Below, one piece after another: positions 61,684-64,000 of a DNA stretch of 64,000 nt. Under the pieces are notes generated by a model. That model was not told the DNA's origin and searched no databases. It saw only the letters and a list, made by a program, of their open reading frames with translations. Origin of the DNA: Candidatus Latescibacterota bacterium (lineage in GTDB: Bacteria; Latescibacterota; UBA2968; SICM01); assembly GCA_965217865.1 (NCBI GenBank), contig CBDCJO010000002.1:4576001-4640000 (forward strand). The letters run 5' to 3'. The position numbers were made by a program, and so were the translations under genes. How positions within the stretch are numbered: position 1 is the first letter of the stretch; each line of letters opens with the position of its first letter.

Positions 61684-64000
61684 ATGGACGACACCATCGT
61701 CATCCGTGGGGCGCGAACCCACAACCTCAAAGCGATCGACCTGGATTTGCCCCGGAACCGTCTGGTCGTGATCACGGGTCCGTCCGGATCGGGAAAGTCC
61801 TCCCTGGCCTTCGACACCATCTATGCGGAGGGACACAGGCGATATGTAGAGTCGCTGTCCGCACACGTCCGTCAGGTTCTGGGTCCGATGGAGCGACCCG
61901 ACGCAGACCTGATAGAGGGGCTTTCACCGACGATCGCCATCGGGAGCGGATCACAGGGACGGAATCCGCGGTCGACAGTGGGGACGATCACAGAGATTTA
62001 CGATTTTATTCGTCTGCTATATGCACGCGCGGGTGTGACCCACTGTCCTTCCTGCGGAAAACCGATCGTTCGTCACGCTGTTTCCGAGATGGTGGACGAG
62101 GTCATGTCGCTCCCGGATGGAACCCGAATGATGGTCCTCGCCCCTTTGACCAGAGAGCGGGATGGTGATGATGAAGCGTGGGAAAGGGCGCGGGTTTCCG
62201 GTTATGTGCGCATTCGGGTCGATGGAGAAGTCCACCCCCTTGAAAGCGCACAAGAGTCCGAAGGGGACACGAGCGGAAAGCTGGAAGTCGTCGTGGACCG
62301 GCTCGTCGTGAGGCCGGGCATGGAACGTCGGTTGGCGGACTCGTTCGAGGCGGCCCTCCGCCTGGCGGATGGCATGGTCTCCGTGTCTGTGGTGGATGGG
62401 CAGGAGAGGGTCTTCTCATCCCGACTGATATGTCCCGATTGCTGCGTCGGGATTGGGGAGGTGAACCCCGGGCTCTTCTCATTCAACAGCCCTGGAGGAG
62501 CGTGTCCGGCTTGCGACGGTCTTGGGAAGACCGTGGATCCCAGGCTGGGGGAGTCGGATTCGGAGGATGGGTTCGAGGAACCGTGTTCGGTCTGCGGGGG
62601 GTCTCGCCTCAAGGGAGAAGCGCTGTGTGTCAGGGTCGGGGATAAGAACATTGTAGATCTGTCCAGAATGCCGGTGACCGAGACCAGGGAATTTCTGACG
62701 GGACTTCGTTTCACCGGACGTGCGGAAGCGGTTGCGCAAAACGTCCTGAGCGAAATTCTGGATCGAATCGGCTTCCTGTCCCACATCGGACTCGAGTATC
62801 TCAGCCTGGATCGACGGGCTGAATCCCTCTCAGGGGGAGAACTTCAGCGCATCCGGCTGGCCAATCAAGTAGGGGCAAGGCTTGCGGGGGTTCTGTATGT
62901 GCTGGACGAGCCGACGGTGGGTCTCCATTCAAGGGATACCAGGAGACTTTTAGAGGCGCTGATCGGGTTGCGAGATCGCGGGAACAGCGTCCTGGTTGTC
63001 GAGCACGATCGGGAGGTGATTCAGGCCGCGGACTATGTGGTCGACCTCGGGCCGGGTGCGGGCGACAATGGTGGTCGCGTCATCGCGTCGGGAACTCCGG
63101 ATCAAGTCGCTGAATCGAAAGGCTCCCTAACCGGGGATTATTTGTCCGGCAGGCGGTCGATCCCAACCTCAGGAATAAGGCGAAAGCCCTCCGGTTGGCT
63201 GGTGATCCGGGGAGCGACGGGACATAACCTGAAAGGGATCGACGTCCACATCCCCCTGGGTACATTTGTGTGTGTGACGGGAGTTTCCGGATCCGGAAAA
63301 AGCAGCCTGATCGACGATACCCTTTGTCGGGCGTTGGCCCGGAAGCTTTACCGGGCAAAGGCCCCACCCCTCTCTTACAAAAAGATCGAGGGGCTCAACC
63401 TTGTCGAAAGACTCGTTCGGGTCAATCAGGCCCCGCTGGGAAGGACCCCCAGGTCGAATCCCGCCACTTATGTCGGTCTCTTTGACACGATTCGGAGAGT
63501 TTTTGCTAAGACCCCGGAAGCCAGGGTCAGAGGTTACGGCCCAGGGAGGTTCAGCTTCAATGTGAAGGGGGGCCGTTGCGAGGCGTGTCAGGGGGGTGGG
63601 GTCGTCCAGGTGGAAATGCACTTTTTACCCGATGTCTTCGTGTCGTGCGAGGTCTGTGGGGGGCGTCGTTATAACCGGGAAACGCTCGATGTAAAATATA
63701 AGGGGAGATCCATCTCGGAAATCCTGGATATGACCGTCTCCGTTGCGCTTGAAATTTTTCAGAGGATCCCGATGGCCTGTCGGGTTCTCGAAACCCTATC
63801 CGACGTCGGTTTGGGGTATCTTTGTATCGGTCAGCCCGCGCCCGCTTTGTCCGGAGGAGAAGCGCAGCGGGTGAAGCTGGCTTCGGAACTTGCCAAGGGA
63901 GGAGGCGGGCGAACGCTTTATGTCCTGGATGAGCCGACGACCGGGCTTCATTTTGAGGATATCAGGCTGCTGATCGGGGTGTTGGAACGTCTGGTGGAAC
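61684..64000 (+). CDS. uvrA: Excinuclease ABC subunit A (runs off the window end)
   Basis: GARTHNLK, GPSGSGKSSLAFDTIYAEG, LSGGE, second GVSGSGKS, FSFNVKGGRCEAC, LDEPTTGLH. Confidence 0.95.
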   Translation, partial: MDDTIVIRGARTHNLKAIDLDLPRNRLVVITGPSGSGKSSLAFDTIYAEGHRRYVESLSAHVRQVLGPMERPDADLIEGLSPTIAIGSGSQGRNPRSTVGTITEIYDFIRLLYARAGVTHCPSCGKPIVRHAVSEMVDEVMSLPDGTRMMVLAPLTRERDGDDEAWERARVSGYVRIRVDGEVHPLESAQESEGDTSGKLEVVVDRLVVRPGMERRLADSFEAALRLADGMVSVSVVDGQERVFSSRLICPDCCVGIGEVNPGLFSFNSPGGACPACDGLGKTVDPRLGESDSEDGFEEPCSVCGGSRLKGEALCVRVGDKNIVDLSRMPVTETREFLTGLRFTGRAEAVAQNVLSEILDRIGFLSHIGLEYLSLDRRAESLSGGELQRIRLANQVGARLAGVLYVLDEPTVGLHSRDTRRLLEALIGLRDRGNSVLVVEHDREVIQAADYVVDLGPGAGDNGGRVIASGTPDQVAESKGSLTGDYLSGRRSIPTSGIRRKPSGWLVIRGATGHNLKGIDVHIPLGTFVCVTGVSGSGKSSLIDDTLCRALARKLYRAKAPPLSYKKIEGLNLVERLVRVNQAPLGRTPRSNPATYVGLFDTIRRVFAKTPEARVRGYGPGRFSFNVKGGRCEACQGGGVVQVEMHFLPDVFVSCEVCGGRRYNRETLDVKYKGRSISEILDMTVSVALEIFQRIPMACRVLETLSDVGLGYLCIGQPAPALSGGEAQRVKLASELAKGGGGRTLYVLDEPTTGLHFEDIRLLIGVLERLVE

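Overview
Bacterial chromosomal window, moderately GC-rich. Lineage-type proteins (DUF6785/6784-like transporter, EF-hand/dockerin-like secreted protein) are suggestive of Ca. Latescibacterota, which is inference only. Housekeeping and metabolic genes include gltBD, tyrS, a PBP1A, pdxJ, a polyprenyl synthase, rho-rpmE-prfA-prmC, glnD, glgC, uvrA, an ABC-2 exporter and several oxidoreductases. The most striking structure is a four-level nest of mobile elements at 7550-17523, in which every level has visible terminal inverted repeats (TIRs) and target-site duplications (TSDs): IS1595-A > IS1595-B > IS1595-C > IS3. The IS1595 elements are cargo carriers: a secreted HExxH protein, a DNA methyltransferase fused to an Mrr-like PD-(D/E)xK domain, a DNA methyltransferase fused to an HNH domain, and a 2-TM orphan. 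Most of their ends place a -35 box 17 bp from a -10 box, forming inward-firing promoters that in some cases yield apparently leaderless cargo mRNAs. A 775-bp non-autonomous relative of element C, with a different orphan cargo, disrupts a HAD hydrolase at 36821-37595. Other items are a HigB/HigA-IrrE toxin-antitoxin locus, a candidate ~195-nt orphan ncRNA, an 82-bp direct repeat, an old tandem gene duplication, many heptamer repeats, and numerous pseudogenes (lon, an NtrC-like regulator, a sensor kinase, a permease, the DUF6785-like gene). No rRNA, tRNA or CRISPR array was seen.
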